Both the position numbers and the translations under genes were made by a program. The notes beneath the pieces were generated by a model, which was given only the letters and a program-made list of their open reading frames with translations, was not told the DNA's origin and searched no databases. 64,000 nt of DNA from positions 1 to 64,000 of IMG/VR virus record IMGVR_UViG_3300046794_000311. One strand, 5' to 3'. This document shows, piece after piece, positions 46,292 through 55,306 of this stretch (its first letter is position 1; each line of letters opens with the position of its first letter). Origin of the DNA: a virus.

Positions 46292-46746
46292 CAGAACCAG
46301 TACGCCTCGGACGGGTCGTCAGCGCGGCCGTCCTCCTCGTAGCGCTCGGCGGCCTCCTCGTACGTCTCCAGGGCCTCCTCCACGGCCCGGCCCCACGACA
46401 TACCCGCGTCCTGCTCGGACTGCACGATCTCCAGCAGCGCCCGCGTCTCGTTGTCCGCCTTGATGAACTTGGTGTCCACCAGCGTCCCCGCCGACGCGTA
46501 GACGTTCTTGTCCTGGGCGGACATGGCGTCGAAGGTGATGCCCTTGTACGACAGCACCTGGCCGACGATGCACGACGGCGCCTTCGTCTCGGGGTCGAAG
46601 TACGCACACAGCGCCGACCCGCCGATGGTGAGCATCGTGTACGTGTAGTCGGCGCCCCGCTCCTCGACCGCACGGGCCAGGAGGGTCTTCGCCTCGTCCA
46701 GGGTGATCTCTACGGCCGCCGGGGCGACCGAGGTATTAAGCGTCAT
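46291..46746 (-). CDS. Hypothetical protein
   Basis: CAYF..PSCIVGQVL...Q..QD motif recurring in actinophage proteins. Confidence 0.65.
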   Translation of the reverse strand: MTLNTSVAPAAVEITLDEAKTLLARAVEERGADYTYTMLTIGGSALCAYFDPETKAPSCIVGQVLSYKGITFDAMSAQDKNVYASAGTLVDTKFIKADNETRALLEIVQSEQDAGMSWGRAVEEALETYEEAAERYEEDGRADDPSEAYWF

Positions 46747-46873
46747 GGTGGTGCCTTTCAGGAGCAGTCGAACTCGGGGTCGGTGTCGGCGGTCTCGGTG
46801 GTGAAGTCGTTGATCTCGTCGATGATGATCAGGTCCGTGTCGATTCCCATGTACTCCAGCAGGGACTGAAGGC

Positions 46874-47110
46874 TCACAGGCCCAGCACCTCCTTCAGGCG
46901 CTTGCCGAACTCGTTGACGGTCTCTTCGCGCAGCCGGTCTTCGTGCATGTTGTAGTCCTCCTCGTCGTCTCCCTTGCGCTCCAGGAGGACGACGTCGCCG
47001 ATGGAGATGGTGCAGGTGAACTCGCGGTAGCCGGACCATCCGGCGCTCTTCCAGGACTCCGTCGTGACGACCTGGATCAGCGGTAGGGGTATCTCGATGG
47101 AGTCGGACAC
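46874..47110 (-). CDS. Hypothetical protein
   Basis: GGAGG-GTG start. Confidence 0.55.
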   Translation of the reverse strand: MSDSIEIPLPLIQVVTTESWKSAGWSGYREFTCTISIGDVVLLERKGDDEEDYNMHEDRLREETVNEFGKRLKEVLGL

Positions 47111-47160
47111 AGGTCCTCCAGGGTGGGGGCGGGGCCCGGCGAACCGAGCCCCGCGAGCTG

Positions 47161-47847
47161 TCACAGAGACGAAGGGTCGAACAGGTTGCGGCCGTCGGGG
47201 TCCTTCGAGACAGGGGTGAGCTTGCCCCGGTCGACCCACGTGCTGATCGTGCTCGGCTTCACCTCAAGCAGCTCGGCCAACTGCTTGGCGGTGACCAGGG
47301 TGACCTCACCGCTGTCTCGCCGCTGTCTCAGCACCCCGGCGAGCCGGTGGAAGGTGAGTGCGGCCAGGTGCGTACCCAGCGCGATACAGATGGTCGGAGC
47401 GGCCGAGGCCAGGATCACGTGCCCCCACGTCGTCTTCGCGGACTGCCCCGTCACATGCGCGTACGCAGATCCGTGGGCGACGTTGAGAACGAGTGAGACA
47501 GCGGTGAGACCGACCACCGTGCCGATTGCCCACCGGTATCCCGGGGAGCCGACCAACGCCAGCGAGGCGACCACGCCCAGACCGTCCAGCCCGTCGATGA
47601 CCAGGGGGTAGAACTCCCGGACCTCGTGCAGGCCGATGCCGTCTGCGGTGTCTCGAAGGGGCACCCAGCTCACCCGCATACCGACCAGCGCCACGAACGC
47701 CAGCGCCACCAGGATCATGGTGAACCCGATGACCAGACCGGTCGCGTGCAGGCCGTTAAGCGGCTGAGACGGGGGTGAGACAGGGTCTGTCTCAGTCTTG
47801 CTCGCGCGGTTCTCGCGCCAGCTCTGGATAGGCTTGGGGAGTCCCAT
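47161..47847 (-). CDS. DUF2637/SpdA-like membrane protein with C-terminal HTH
   Basis: Four TM helices with YPLVIDG and SLVLNVAH motifs. C-terminal TAKQLAELLEVKPSTISTWVDRGKL HTH. Confidence 0.75.
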   Translation of the reverse strand: MGLPKPIQSWRENRASKTETDPVSPPSQPLNGLHATGLVIGFTMILVALAFVALVGMRVSWVPLRDTADGIGLHEVREFYPLVIDGLDGLGVVASLALVGSPGYRWAIGTVVGLTAVSLVLNVAHGSAYAHVTGQSAKTTWGHVILASAAPTICIALGTHLAALTFHRLAGVLRQRRDSGEVTLVTAKQLAELLEVKPSTISTWVDRGKLTPVSKDPDGRNLFDPSSL

Positions 47848-48018
47848 GGAGAGACGACACCTCTCGTGGTGGGACAGGTGCCCGGTAGGTTCGCCGCCTG
47901 CCGGGCACCCGAATACCCGGGTTAGGTATTAAGCCGAACCACTTCCGTCTCCTCTCTGTCTCAGGCCGGGACAGCTCCCGGTATCGGTTGATCACTCTTC
48001 TCTCGAAGTCGTTCAGGC

Positions 48019-48381
48019 TCAGCGGCCGACCACCTCCGCTCGTACTGCGTTGCCCGAGGACGGGTGGATCACGAGACTGCTGCTCGCGTGGATCTCCAGC
48101 CGCCTGTCCTCCTCCAGCCGCACCAGGAAGTACGACCAGAACCTCTCGCCGTCCCGCTTCCACCGGAACTCGATCGTCGGGTTGCCGTGCAGGTGCCGAC
48201 GGTTCGCGCTGTACGGGTCGATGACCACAGCGGCGTCCTCCGGGCCCTCGTTCAGCAACTCGCGGGCCGTGGCCAGCTCCTGCTCCAGGCGCGCGATCTT
48301 CTCGTCCTTCGCGCGGACGCGGTCCTTGACCCACTTCGGCAGGCGCTCGAACCTCGGGTCCTCCGTCATCGGTGTGTTCAC
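48019..48381 (-). CDS. Hypothetical protein
   Basis: RLPKW coiled-coil N-terminus and GTGA coupling. Confidence 0.6.
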   Translation of the reverse strand: MNTPMTEDPRFERLPKWVKDRVRAKDEKIARLEQELATARELLNEGPEDAAVVIDPYSANRRHLHGNPTIEFRWKRDGERFWSYFLVRLEEDRRLEIHASSSLVIHPSSGNAVRAEVVGR

Positions 48382-48707
48382 CAGGTACCGCCCTTCTTGG
48401 CCTTCTCCCAGGCCGCCTTGGACACGCACACGTGCCCGGTCTTCTTGCCGTCCCGAAGGTCGAGGCGCCAGCACTCCGGGTCCGTCTGCGAGACGGGGAT
48501 GTACATCGAGATCGTCGAGTAGCAGACCCGCGACGAACCCGATCCCGAGCACTGCGTGGTGTAGACCGGCTGCATGTACGTGTAGGTGTCCTCGGGCACG
48601 TACCGCTTGGCGGTGATCGTGCCGTGGTCGAGGTCCGACCCACAGCCGGTGAGGACGAGCGCCCCCGCGAGCGCGGCAGAAGCCGCGTAGGTATTAAGAC
48701 GCTTCAC
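48378..48707 (-). CDS. Lipoprotein
   Basis: Signal peptide with lipobox LTGC. Confidence 0.75.
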   Translation of the reverse strand: MKRLNTYAASAALAGALVLTGCGSDLDHGTITAKRYVPEDTYTYMQPVYTTQCSGSGSSRVCYSTISMYIPVSQTDPECWRLDLRDGKKTGHVCVSKAAWEKAKKGGTW

Positions 48708-48722
48708 GATTTCCCCTTCTTC

Positions 48723-48745
48723 ATTACGGCTTCAGAAGCCGTAAT
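48723..48745. promoter_or_regulatory. Perfect 23-bp palindromic operator
   Basis: ATTACGGCTTC-A-GAAGCCGTAAT. Confidence 0.7.
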
Positions 48746-48808
48746 CTACCGGATCCGGCCCGGCCCGTCGACCCCCTATTTGGACGACGGACCGGACCGG
48801 GGCTTGAG

Positions 48809-48964
48809 CTAGCCCCTGTCGGCGCACTTCTCGCCGTTCGGGCACTCCTCGCGCGGGAAGCCGTCCCCGCACAGGCTCGGGTCGATACCGACCCCGGCCC
48901 CCAGCTCACCGAGTTCCAGCGGGCCCTCGTCGTGGACCCACTCGTCGACCGGGTTCTCGTACAT
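48809..48964 (-). CDS. 51-aa hypothetical protein
   Basis: ATG overlaps the upstream TGA. Below the ORF-track cutoff. Confidence 0.45.
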   Translation of the reverse strand: MYENPVDEWVHDEGPLELGELGAGVGIDPSLCGDGFPREECPNGEKCADRG

Positions 48965-49326
48965 CAGGCAGGCTCCTCGGAGAGATGGATTGCGTTGCTC
49001 TCAGCGAGGCCGCAGTACATGCAGCCCGCGTCCATGTCCCACGTCAGGTACTCGTCGTACCCGTGCGGGATCTGCTGCCAGAGCGTCAGCGGGTCGCCGT
49101 AGTTGGGGAAGTGGTTCTCGTTCGGCATCCCCAGGAACTCGGCCGAGAGACGTTCGATCTCGTTCGGCGGCCCCCACTTCTTGATGCCACCCTCGAACAG
49201 CACGAGGTGCCAGCCCTTACGCTCCCCGGTGGGGTCGTACTCCGACCACTCGCGATCGACGATGCCGACCATTCCCCGCCAGCGGACGAGGTCGCCCCAG
49301 TAGGCGGTCGGGCAGTGCTTGCTCAT
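48964..49326 (-). CDS. Hypothetical protein
   Basis: ATGA coupling and C-terminal CMYCG...H motif. Confidence 0.55.
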   Translation of the reverse strand: MSKHCPTAYWGDLVRWRGMVGIVDREWSEYDPTGERKGWHLVLFEGGIKKWGPPNEIERLSAEFLGMPNENHFPNYGDPLTLWQQIPHGYDEYLTWDMDAGCMYCGLAESNAIHLSEEPA

Positions 49327-49856
49327 CGCTCCCCCCGGACCGGCCAGCGGTACGCCGACAGGATGTTGCGCGAGGAGACGCCCCAGTGCTCGTCCTCCTC
49401 GTAACCGGGCAGCTTGCCGATCGCCTTCCGGCGCAGGGCGTCGCAGAAGTTGTGCGCCTCGGACTTCTCCCACTCCGGGTGCTCGCACGCCTGGTACTCG
49501 AAGCCGTCGATCGCCTTGAGCACCGCGACCGGGTTCGGGACGCCAGGCAGCATCTTGAAGAGGTAGGGCTGCTCCCACTCCTCCTCGGCGTACCGGTGGT
49601 CGACCGAGCGCCGGTTCTCCGCCAGGAGCATCGCGCCCACGTAACCGGCGTTCTCCCGGGTCAGATGCCGTACCACCCGGCCGTACATCATCTGCGCCTC
49701 CGGCCCCCACGGCTGGCCCTTGGAGTACACCCGGTTCTGCTCCTCGACGGTCAGCTCGCGCACCTGCCACCGCAGCCGACTGCCGCCGGTCGAGTAGGAC
49801 AGACCCGCGTTGACCAGCAGGTGGATGTGCTCGTCGTCGACCATGTAGGCGCTCAC
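49323..49856 (-). CDS. Hypothetical protein (ENxxSVxxRY / YQACE family)
   Basis: Conserved-looking motifs; first gene after the promoter. Confidence 0.7.
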   Translation of the reverse strand: MSAYMVDDEHIHLLVNAGLSYSTGGSRLRWQVRELTVEEQNRVYSKGQPWGPEAQMMYGRVVRHLTRENAGYVGAMLLAENRRSVDHRYAEEEWEQPYLFKMLPGVPNPVAVLKAIDGFEYQACEHPEWEKSEAHNFCDALRRKAIGKLPGYEEDEHWGVSSRNILSAYRWPVRGER

Positions 49857-49874
49857 ATGACCCCTCACGCTTCC

Positions 49875-49943
49875 TTTACGGCTTCGTACTTACGGCTTCC
49901 GAAGCAGTAATCAGAATCTATAGGAGTTGCTAGGTCTCGTCAA
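49875..49943 (-). promoter_or_regulatory. Promoter with downstream operator array
   Basis: TTGACG-17-TAGATT (49943..49915). Near-palindrome CTTACGGCTTC-C-GAAGCAGTAAT at 49889-49911 plus a half-site at 49875. Confidence 0.65.
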
Positions 49944-50023
49944 GCCCTATCCGCCAACAGCTTTCCAAGCATGAAGAAGGCCCCCACCCGGTCTCCCAGG
50001 CAGGGGCCTCCTACGGCTGTACA

Positions 50024-50425
50024 TCAGCCGTACTGCTGCGTGCACTCCAGCTTCACCGAGGGCGCGTACGCCGCCAGCGCATCGGTGGGTGTCGCATGCG
50101 TACCGTCGGCCAGGTCCTTCAGACCCATGTCCCGGTACTCCTTGTAGATGTCCCCCACCGGCTTACCCCGAGCGCTCTCCTCGAAGTCCGCGAAGTCCGC
50201 GTCGGTCATGACGTCGGTCGGTGTGCCCTGCGAATCCTCCAGGGCCTTGTCCACCGCCTTGATGACCCCGGAGAAGCACGTCGCCGCCTCCTTGCTGTAC
50301 CCCTTGGACGAACTCGGCTTCGGGCTGTCCGACGCCTTCGAGTCGTCCCCCCCACTGCATCCCGTGACCGCGAGCGCCAGCACCGCAACCGTCAACAACG
50401 CCTTCTTGTTCATTTCGCCCCCCAC
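50024..50425 (-). CDS. Lipoprotein
   Basis: MNKKALLTVAVLALAVTGC lipobox. Confidence 0.75.
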   Translation of the reverse strand: MGGEMNKKALLTVAVLALAVTGCSGGDDSKASDSPKPSSSKGYSKEAATCFSGVIKAVDKALEDSQGTPTDVMTDADFADFEESARGKPVGDIYKEYRDMGLKDLADGTHATPTDALAAYAPSVKLECTQQYG

Positions 50426-50426
50426 G

Positions 50427-50855
50427 TCAGTTCTCCCCCACGAGCGCCTGCACGACCTTGTTCACCGCTCGCTGCGCCGCACGTTTCCCCGACTCGATGT
50501 TCAGCACGTCCACGTACTCCGGCCCGAGCGCTCCGAGGTGCACGCTGTACCACGCGGCGCGAGTACGGCCACCATGCGGCGCGAAGACCTCGGCGACCTT
50601 CTTGCCACCGATCCGACCGACCCACAGTTCACCCTTCGGGTGCTTCTCCTGGGTCCACTCGATCTTCTGCGCCAGTACCGGCGCACGGTCGGGCTCGTAG
50701 TCCTCCGAGACGATGTCCACGCGCGAGATTGAAGGGTTCAGCAAACAGTTCTCCACCGCGCGGGCGGCCTCCTGCGCCGATCCGAGGTCCGTGGCGTAGT
50801 TCTCGGACTTCTTCTGCCCCGGGTCCTTCTTCAGGTAGTAGCGCATCCGCCACAT
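50427..50855 (-). CDS. Hypothetical protein
   Basis: GGAG RBS, coupled to neighbours. Confidence 0.55.
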   Translation of the reverse strand: MWRMRYYLKKDPGQKKSENYATDLGSAQEAARAVENCLLNPSISRVDIVSEDYEPDRAPVLAQKIEWTQEKHPKGELWVGRIGGKKVAEVFAPHGGRTRAAWYSVHLGALGPEYVDVLNIESGKRAAQRAVNKVVQALVGEN

Positions 50856-50857
50856 GT

Positions 50858-51688
50858 TCAGTTCTCCACTCCAGCCAGCTTCTCCAGTCGCGCTACCCGC
50901 TCCTCCAGGGTCATCGCCGACTTCTTCGGCGGCCCCGACAGCAAGGCCCATCCGTTGGCGCGGTCGGCCCAGTCCTGGCAGATGTCCATCAGCCACTCCG
51001 GCGCCCCGGTGAACTCGTTCAGCAGGTCCGAGAACAGGGTGGAGTAATCGCGGGACGTCGCGACCTTCCCGTCCTTGACCTTGGGGCCCCAGACGGCGAC
51101 GCTCGACACGCACCAGACCCCCGCCCGGTTGGGCGTGAGGGAGATCGTCACGGATTTCGGCCGCACCAGGGGGAATCCACGGGCCTGAGTGTCCGGAGCG
51201 GGGTCAACCAGCTCCACGGGAATCTCCCACCGGGCGGCGTCCGCGACGCGGTACTTGATGCCCTTGGGCGACACGGGATCCGGCACCGTGCCCAGCTCCC
51301 ACCCCTTGTCCGTCAGTTGGTGGGCCTCCTCGTCGACCTCCTGGTAGGCGATCCCCATGTCGACGAGCCGCGCCAGCACCGCCTTCGGGACACCGTAGAA
51401 GTGACCCGACGTCGTGTGCACCGCACGCTCGAACGCCTCGCGCATCTCCGCGTCCATACCCACCGCCGTCTGCTCCGGCTCGACGGGCTCCTCGATCACA
51501 GGCTCCTCCACCGGTCCCGGCCCCTTCCCCTCCATGTACCACTTACCGTCTCTCCGGTACGCGGCATCGGCCCTCTCCATCGCGCGCAGCGTCGCACCGT
51601 GGACGTTGACCAACTCGCCGTCCGGGTGCTGCTCTGCCGCCTTGAAGGCCGTCCCCCAATGCGTCTCCTTGGGCACCTTGCCAGCCAT
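50858..51688 (-). CDS. Hypothetical protein
   Basis: 276-aa ORF with a GGAGG upstream. Confidence 0.65.
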   Translation of the reverse strand: MAGKVPKETHWGTAFKAAEQHPDGELVNVHGATLRAMERADAAYRRDGKWYMEGKGPGPVEEPVIEEPVEPEQTAVGMDAEMREAFERAVHTTSGHFYGVPKAVLARLVDMGIAYQEVDEEAHQLTDKGWELGTVPDPVSPKGIKYRVADAARWEIPVELVDPAPDTQARGFPLVRPKSVTISLTPNRAGVWCVSSVAVWGPKVKDGKVATSRDYSTLFSDLLNEFTGAPEWLMDICQDWADRANGWALLSGPPKKSAMTLEERVARLEKLAGVEN

Positions 51689-51945
51689 CTTCCAAACCCT
51701 CCCCGCCGTAGTTAAATCTAGGAAATTGGCCGGGCCCTAATCGCCCAGCTCCCGCATACGCACCGGGTGATACGGCGGCGGTGTCACGGTCATTCTGCCG
51801 GTGATCGACTGCACCGGTACGCGCTTCGCGCTCCCCCCGCCGTACAGCTCGCGGAAGTGCTCGAACTTGGCCGCCCGCCGCAGCAGTTTGTCCTCGATGG
51901 TCCGCCAGTCGACGTCCACGGCGCTCCGCGCCTGCCCCGAGTCAC

Positions 51946-52164
51946 TCACTGCTCGGACACTCGCTCCCAGCCGAGGCCCAGGTCCGCGAGCACACCACGC
52001 TTGGCGTCCTCGTCCGTGAGCACCAGGCGCTGCCCGTCCTGGACCGCAGAGTCCAGCAGCCGGATCATCTCGGCCGCCGTGTCCTGCGGGTGCCCGACCT
52101 TGATCCGCTGCACCAACTGCTCGTACGCCGTAGCCACCTCAACGCCCCTTCTCGCGGTCCTCAA
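51946..52164 (-). CDS. Hypothetical protein
   Basis: Directly after the promoter TTGACA-17-TAGGGT (52203..52175). Start may be GTG 52137. Confidence 0.5.
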   Translation of the reverse strand: MRTARRGVEVATAYEQLVQRIKVGHPQDTAAEMIRLLDSAVQDGQRLVLTDEDAKRGVLADLGLGWERVSEQ

Positions 52165-52261
52165 TTACGGGTTAACCCTATGGGCCGCACTCCCCCATGT
52201 CAACCTGTTTCCCCAACCCACTTGCGTTGCCGGAATCGCCTCGTCCGTTTAGGTTCAATCC

Positions 52262-52474
52262 ATGCGAAACCTGCGCGATGCCCTGTTGTGGCGTGGTACC
52301 CGAGCCGCCGCGCTCACCGAAGCCAAGAAGCTGAAGGCGGCTGCACGCCGCAAGGGTTACGACGTCGTGGTGCGTGGCACCGTCCGCAGGCCCACTCCGA
52401 CGTACTCCTTCAACGGACCCCCTTACGGCGTCTTCCTCGAACCCCACAACAGCGCCGACTCCCCCGATTCGTGA
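52262..52474 (+). CDS. Small basic hypothetical protein
   Basis: TAGGTT -10-like element 6 nt upstream, consistent with a leaderless mRNA. Confidence 0.45.
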   Translation: MRNLRDALLWRGTRAAALTEAKKLKAAARRKGYDVVVRGTVRRPTPTYSFNGPPYGVFLEPHNSADSPDS

Positions 52475-53397
52475 GTCCCCCATCCCCCCAATTCCCCGAA
52501 TCCCCCTGGCACTGTGACACTGTCCGGTTCCCACAATCGTTGCGCTGCGCGGCTGTCTAGGCCCTTTGCTTCTGCGAATTTGCATTTAAGGGTAGGGGGG
52601 TCGAATATTTATTCATTGGCCCTACACTATTGACACGCCGCCCGTCAACCCCCTGAGCCAGGCAATATCAAGCCTCGCGCTTCCTTTCGGTATCTGCACC
52701 CTTGCCCAGGGCGTGACCTACACCACACGGAGCAGCCAGGCACACCAGCCGGGCAGTGTCAACACCTGCGCGCGACGCATATTATGCATGCCAATTCGCC
52801 GTTATTCATGAGGCCACTACCCCAAATCGTCGATTTGCGTTGCTGCAAATATGCCCCGAGATATGGAGGGGTGGCGTTCGCTGTAGCAACTCGACAACAT
52901 GGCGGCCAGGGAGTTACGGCGTATTGGGTGTGAGCCTGGCGACCGCATGGCATGGGGTGGCGTGGTGCTGTGTCTCTCTGTGGTGTCAGCAGTGGGGAGC
53001 CTTCCCCTGGCCCCGGATTCCCTGGCCCCTTTGTCGGCACAGTGGCAGGCTGGAGGTATGGGCGTAGGCATGTCGTGGGGCGCGTTGGGGGTCGGCCAGG
53101 CATGGGGCGAGTATCCCAGCGTGGACGAGTGCGCACGGGCCCTGTGTCGCTCTGTACGGCGCTCCCTGGCCCGCATGGGCCCAGACTTCCGGGGCTGCAT
53201 TTTGAAGCATTCAGCGCACGTGCTGCGGGTGGACATGTGCACGGAGGGGCTGCACGCGGTGAGCCATGGGAAGCGGTGGCACGCGGAGCACGGGACGGCG
53301 TGGGTTGCCCTGTATCCCCGTGGTGGGGGTGAACACGAAGAAACCCCCCACCGGCCCGAGTTAGGGCGGTGAGGGGTTGCTCAGGGGGCGTGCTGGC

Positions 53398-53745
53398 CTA
53401 CGCGGTGCGGACAGACGCGCTCAGCCACGCGGCCAGGTGCTCCCACTGGGCCGCTTCCGCGCGAAGCGTGCTGATGTCCTCGGCGCTGAACTCCCGCAGA
53501 ACGGGGCTGGTGATGGACGGGCGGACGCTGGCCATGTAGTCGGCCTCTTCGCGGCGCTCCCACGCCTGCCGCTGCGCGTCGCGCATGGTGGCGAATCGCT
53601 CGGAGCGCTGCCAGGGGGTGAGCGGCGCGGCGGGCGCGGGGGGCGTGTCGAGACCGTCACAGGAGACGCGGCCGAAGCGGGCAGACGTCCAGTCGTGGCG
53701 GGCGTGCGGGGCGGTGGCCGGGCAACCGTAGACGGTGCGGATCAT
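53398..53745 (-). CDS. Hypothetical early protein
   Basis: Conserved leader ending in CAGGAGG, followed by a terminator at about 53340-53378. Confidence 0.6.
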   Translation of the reverse strand: MIRTVYGCPATAPHARHDWTSARFGRVSCDGLDTPPAPAAPLTPWQRSERFATMRDAQRQAWERREEADYMASVRPSITSPVLREFSAEDISTLRAEAAQWEHLAAWLSASVRTA

Positions 53746-53784
53746 GGGGTGACCTCCTGGTGTGGGGTGGTTGGTTGGGGTGAG

Positions 53785-54126
53785 CTAGGCGCGGGCGGCG
53801 GTGCCGTCCTCATGGCCCATGGCCAGGGCGCCGGACAGTTCGGGGCGCCATGCCAGGGCGCGGCGCAGGTCGGACAGGAACGCGTGTCGGTCGAACGCGG
53901 CCCCGTCGGTGTAGGCGTCCACGGCGCCGAGCATGTACGCGACCGCCTGCCGTCCCTCGTTCCGCGCGGAATCCCACGTGAGCTGTCGCGCGAGCGGGGA
54001 GCGGGCGACCGTGACGCGGTACCCCTTCCCGTCGCGGCCAGTGCCGACCTGGACGGACACGCGCTCATGGGTGAGGGCGCCGAGGTGAGCGGCGACCATG
54101 GCGGCGGTGGTGTGGGTTACGCGCAT
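53785..54126 (-). CDS. Hypothetical early protein
   Basis: Conserved leader ending in CAGGAGG before ATG 54126. Confidence 0.6.
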   Translation of the reverse strand: MRVTHTTAAMVAAHLGALTHERVSVQVGTGRDGKGYRVTVARSPLARQLTWDSARNEGRQAVAYMLGAVDAYTDGAAFDRHAFLSDLRRALAWRPELSGALAMGHEDGTAARA

Positions 54127-54161
54127 TTGGGGTGTCCTCCTGGTGTGGGGTGGGTTGGTTG

Positions 54162-54371
54162 TCAGACGGTGCGGAGCGATGCGACCAGCGCGTAAACGGC
54201 GTTCACGTCGTCCAGCGCGGGCACGGGCGTACCGGGCACGTCGGCGCAGTACTGGACTACGGCGAGTTGCACCGTCACGGACGGGCGGCGGGTGGTGCTG
54301 CCGCAGCGCTCCCAGACGTCCAGCAGACGGGCGGCGGGGGTGCGGGCGGGGGCGGGGGCGGTGCTGGCCAT
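54162..54371 (-). CDS. Hypothetical early protein
   Basis: CAGGAGG RBS. Confidence 0.55.
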   Translation of the reverse strand: MASTAPAPARTPAARLLDVWERCGSTTRRPSVTVQLAVVQYCADVPGTPVPALDDVNAVYALVASLRTV

Positions 54372-54439
54372 GGTCTGTGTCCTCCTGTGGTGGGAGGGGG
54401 CCGGAGCGTTTCCCCGGCCCCCGTGGTGTGGGGCGGGTG

Positions 54440-55183
54440 CTACTCGGCCAGACCCTGGCCCGCGTGCATCTTCTGGGCCTGCTTGAACGTGGCGCGGTAC
54501 TCCGCGAGGGAGGACGGGCGGACGGCTTCGAACTGCCGCGCCCAGTGCGGCATAACGGCGACCTTCTGCGTCTGGAAGACGCCACCGTTAGCGATCATCG
54601 CGTGATTCTGCGCGCGGGTCTCCGTGGCCAGGGCCTTACGGGCGAGCGGGGAGAACATCAGGGAGTGCTTACGGAACGCGGCCTCTTCCCCGTGGCGGTC
54701 GACACCGCGACCGGTGCCGCAGTGGCCGAACACGTCGTGCACGGCGCGGAACTGGTCGTTCACGTCGTCAGAGAAGAAGAAGTGACCACCCGTGGCGGCC
54801 GTCGACAGGATGCGCATACGGCCCGCCTTGACGTCCTCGAAAAACGCGCGGGTGCCCTGCTTGTTCATGTCGTACGGGTCGGCGTCCTCGACGCTCACGA
54901 CGATGCCCAGGCCGCCGCGCGAGGCGGGGGCGGTCATGAACTCAAACTGCCGCTTGACCTCTTCGGCCATGGCACGCCACGCGGCCGGGGCGGCGTTGTC
55001 GATGAACGGCAGTTCGGCGTACGCGTCGGCGATCTTCTGGACGGCCGAGGGGGCGACGATCACGCGGGAGTAGTCCCAGTGGTCGCGGGTGGACAGACCG
55101 GCCTTGGCGCAGAACGCGCGGGCGCCCTCGACGATGGAGCGGACGGGCGAGACGGACAGGGCGGGGATGTTGGCGGTACGCAT
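54440..55183 (-). CDS. Putative metal-binding protein (RAVHDxxGH...GEE motif)
   Basis: NDQFRAVHDVFGH...GEEAAF..HS.MFSP.A..AL.TETR.QN. Preceded by the conserved leader. Confidence 0.65.
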   Translation of the reverse strand: MRTANIPALSVSPVRSIVEGARAFCAKAGLSTRDHWDYSRVIVAPSAVQKIADAYAELPFIDNAAPAAWRAMAEEVKRQFEFMTAPASRGGLGIVVSVEDADPYDMNKQGTRAFFEDVKAGRMRILSTAATGGHFFFSDDVNDQFRAVHDVFGHCGTGRGVDRHGEEAAFRKHSLMFSPLARKALATETRAQNHAMIANGGVFQTQKVAVMPHWARQFEAVRPSSLAEYRATFKQAQKMHAGQGLAE

Positions 55184-55306
55184 TGCGGGGCCTCCTGGTG
55201 TGGGGCGGTTGGTGTGTTGTTGTGTGACCAACGTACCCCCGATTACGGCTTGTAAAGCCAGTTTCGGGGATCGCTGGACAAGTCTTTATAAAGCTGTGAC
55301 CTACGG

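Noticed and set aside
52756-53372. Several overlapping ORFs on both strands
   Set aside because: Atypical composition, no RBS and no motifs. Treated as non-coding.
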